A DNA stretch of 64,000 nucleotides, from NCBI RefSeq assembly GCF_964194155.1, contig NC_135880.1, positions 166,532,001-166,596,000 of the forward strand, written 5' to 3'. The translations under genes and the position numbers were made by a program. Under the pieces are notes generated by a model, which had not been told where the DNA came from, searched no databases, and was given only the letters and a program-made list of their open reading frames with translations. This DNA comes from Cetorhinus maximus (lineage: Eukaryota). This document shows positions 61,384-64,000 of the stretch, one piece after another (within the stretch, counting starts at the first letter, position 1; each line of letters begins with the position of its first letter).

Positions 61384-64000
61384 ACAGAATCACAGAATTG
61401 TCACTGTGTAGAAGGAGGCCATGCAGCCCATCGTGTCTGCACTGGCTGTCTGAACATTTTAAATTAGTACCAATCTCCTGCTTTTTCTCCCGTAACCCTG
61501 CACATTGTTTCTATTTAGATAATCATCCAATGCCCTCTTGAATTCCTCAATCGAACCTACCTCCATCACACTTCCAGTGGTGCATTCCAAACCCTAACTA
61601 CTTGCTGTGTGGGAAGAAAGCTTTTTTTTTTCTCACCTCACATTTTCTTCTTTTGCAAAACACTTTAAAACTGTGTCCTCTGGTTCTCAATCCATTTACG
61701 AGTGAGAACGGTTTCTCCCTATCTACTCTGTCCTGGCCCCTCATTATTTTGAAAACTTCTATCAAGTCTCCTCTTAGCCTTCTCCACTCCAAGTAAAACA
61801 GTTCCAACTTCTCCAATCTTTCCTCGTAACTGAAGTGTCCCATCCCTGGAACCATTCTCATAAACCTCTTCTGCACTCTCTCCAATGCGTTCACATCCTT
61901 CTTATAGTGTGGCGCCCAGAACTGTACACAGTGCCCGAGCTGAGGTCTAACCTCAGCTTATATAGGTTCATCCTAACCTCCCCACTCTTGTACTCTATGC
62001 CCCTATTAATGAAGCCTAGAATATTGTATGCTTTAGAAACAGCTCTCTCCACCTGTCCTGCCACCTTTAATGACTTATGTGCACTCAGGTCTCTCTGCTC
62101 CTGCGCACCATTTAGAATAGTATCCTTTATTTTATACTGCTTCTCCATGTTCTTTATACCAAAATGTATCACCTTATACTTCTCCACATTGAACTTCACC
62201 TGCCACCTGTCTGCCCACTCCACCAAAGTGTCAATGCCCTTTTGAAGTTCTACAGTATCCTCCTCACAGTTTACAATTCCAGCCTGAAAAATACCCACTA
62301 ACCAGAGGAAACATCTTAGTTTCCTATCCCTCAGCCAATTTTGTATCCACATTGCTACTGCCCCTTTTATTCTATGACCTATAACTTTCCTCAAGTCTGT
62401 GTGGGGCCGTACCGAATGCCTTTTAGAAGTCCATATACACCACATCAACGGCCTTGCCCTCATCAGGATCTCTGTCACCTGTTCAAAAAAAACCATGTAA
62501 ATTATTTAGACACGATTTTCCTTTAACAAATCAATGCTGACTCTTCCCAATCAATCCAAATTTTTCGATCTGACCAATAATTCTATCCCGAATAATTGTT
62601 TATAGAAGTTTCCCCGCCACCGAAGTTAAACTGAATGGTCTGTAATTGCAGGGCAGATCTTTACAAACTTTTTTGAACAAGGGAGTAATGTTTGCAATTC
62701 TCCAGTCCTCCAGCACCTCCCCCAAATCCAGGGAAAATTGAAATATTATTGGCAGTGCCTCTGTAATTTCCGCTCTCACTTCGTTCAATATTCTTGGATA
62801 CATCTCATCTGGTCCCGGTGCCTTATCAACATTAAGTTCCAACAGCTTATCCAATATCTCCTCCTTATCAATTTTAAATCCATCTAGTGACGGAGTGTCC
62901 TCCTCTGCCACCATGGCTTGGGCAGCATCTGCCTCATAGGTACAGACAGATGCAAAGTATTCATCCAACATCTCAGCCATGCTTCTTGCCTCTATGCGTA
63001 AATACCATTTTTGGTCCCTAATCAGCCCTACTCTTCCTCTTCCGGCCCTTTTACTATTGATGTGCTTACAGAATACTTTGGGATTTCCTTTTATGTTAGT
63101 CGCCAGCCTTTATTCTTAATCACTCTTTCCTTCTCATATTTGCTTTTTCACATCCCTTCTGAACTTTCTGTGTTCACTTTGGTTCTCAATTGTATTTGCT
63201 ACCCGACAACTGTCGTAAGCACATTTTTTCTCCTTTAACTTAATTTCTATCTTCTTTGTCATCCAGGGAGCTCTGTATTTCTTTGTCTTACCCTTCCCTT
63301 TTGAGGGAACATACCTTGACTGTGCTCAAACCATATCCTCTTTAAAGGCAGCCCAGTGTTCAGCTACAGATTTTCCCACCAACCTTTGGTTCCAGCCTAT
63401 CCAGCCCAGCTCTGTTCTTGCCCCATTGAAGTCCATTCTGTGCCCATTGATTATTCTTACTCTGGATTGACCAATATCCTTTCCCACCGTCATCCTAAAC
63501 CTTTTGATACAATGATCACTGTCCCCTAAATGTTCCTCCACTGTCACTTGATCGACTTGGTCGACCTCATTCCCTAGGAACAGGTCTAGTAGTACCTCCT
63601 TTCTTGTTGGACTGGAAACATGCTGCTATCGGAAATCTAGCAACGCTTGTCCCTCACTGCCCCTTACACTAGCACTATCCCAGTCTCCATACAGGCAATT
63701 AAATTCCCCCATTATAACTGCTCTACGATGTTTACACCTCTCTGTAATTTTCCTTGCAGATTTGTTTCTCTATGTCCTTCCCACTAGGTGGCGGTCTATA
63801 CATTACACCAGGCAATGTAATTGCACCCTTCTTATTCCTTAGCTCCAGCCAAATCGATTCTGTCCTTGAATCCTCTGACACATCCTCTTTCTCCAGTACT
63901 GCAATACTCTCCTTAACCAAAAACGCCACCCCTCCTCCTTTTTCTCCCTTTCCTATCTTTTCTGAACACTTTGTAACCAGGAATATTTAGCACCCAGATC
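61384..64000 (-). mobile_element. Older CR1 LINE (endonuclease to 3' end), running off the window end
   Basis: ORFs 63732..63929-, 63326..63547- (HLGDSDH), 62600..62980- (PGPD, NYRP.SLTSV) and 61598..61894-; (acagaat)n tail. Confidence 0.9.

Noticed and set aside
40589-64000. First coding exon of PLGRKT
   Set aside because: I could not find an MG...Q exon of about 81 nt with a donor site on the minus strand. It probably lies beyond the window, so it is not annotated.

Overview
Eukaryotic (vertebrate) genomic DNA, very probably from a shark/cartilaginous fish, judged from the repeat families and the relaxin sequence. Most ORFs in the supplied track are spurious or retroelement debris. The real genes are: (i) two intact two-exon relaxin genes facing each other (copy A on +, CDS 1515-1698 + 4320-4666; copy B on -, CDS 15076-14893 + 11491-11145). 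They lie in a large inverted segmental duplication with arms <=1..4670 and 11141..>=16638; the arm homology stops 4 nt after the stop codon, and a young CR1 LINE sits in the 6.5 kb spacer. (ii) The last three coding exons of PLGRKT on the - strand, which identifies this as the orthologous RLN locus; the predicted protein lacks the defining C-terminal lysine. The rest is CR1, L2, Tx1-like and Zenon-like LINEs, tRNA-derived SINEs, Harbinger-like elements, a decayed copia (GalEa-like) LTR element, solo LTRs and fold-back Penelope-like elements with hammerhead-ribozyme motifs. Best candidates for something new: the relaxin palindrome (22 of 25 coding differences are non-synonymous, the 3'UTRs are unrelated, and intronic crossovers would shuffle B and A chains), the K-less PLGRKT, the hammerhead-bearing fold-back elements with 14-bp TSDs, and a LINE that carries a tRNA-SINE head. 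Repeat boundaries and family names are by eye and approximate.
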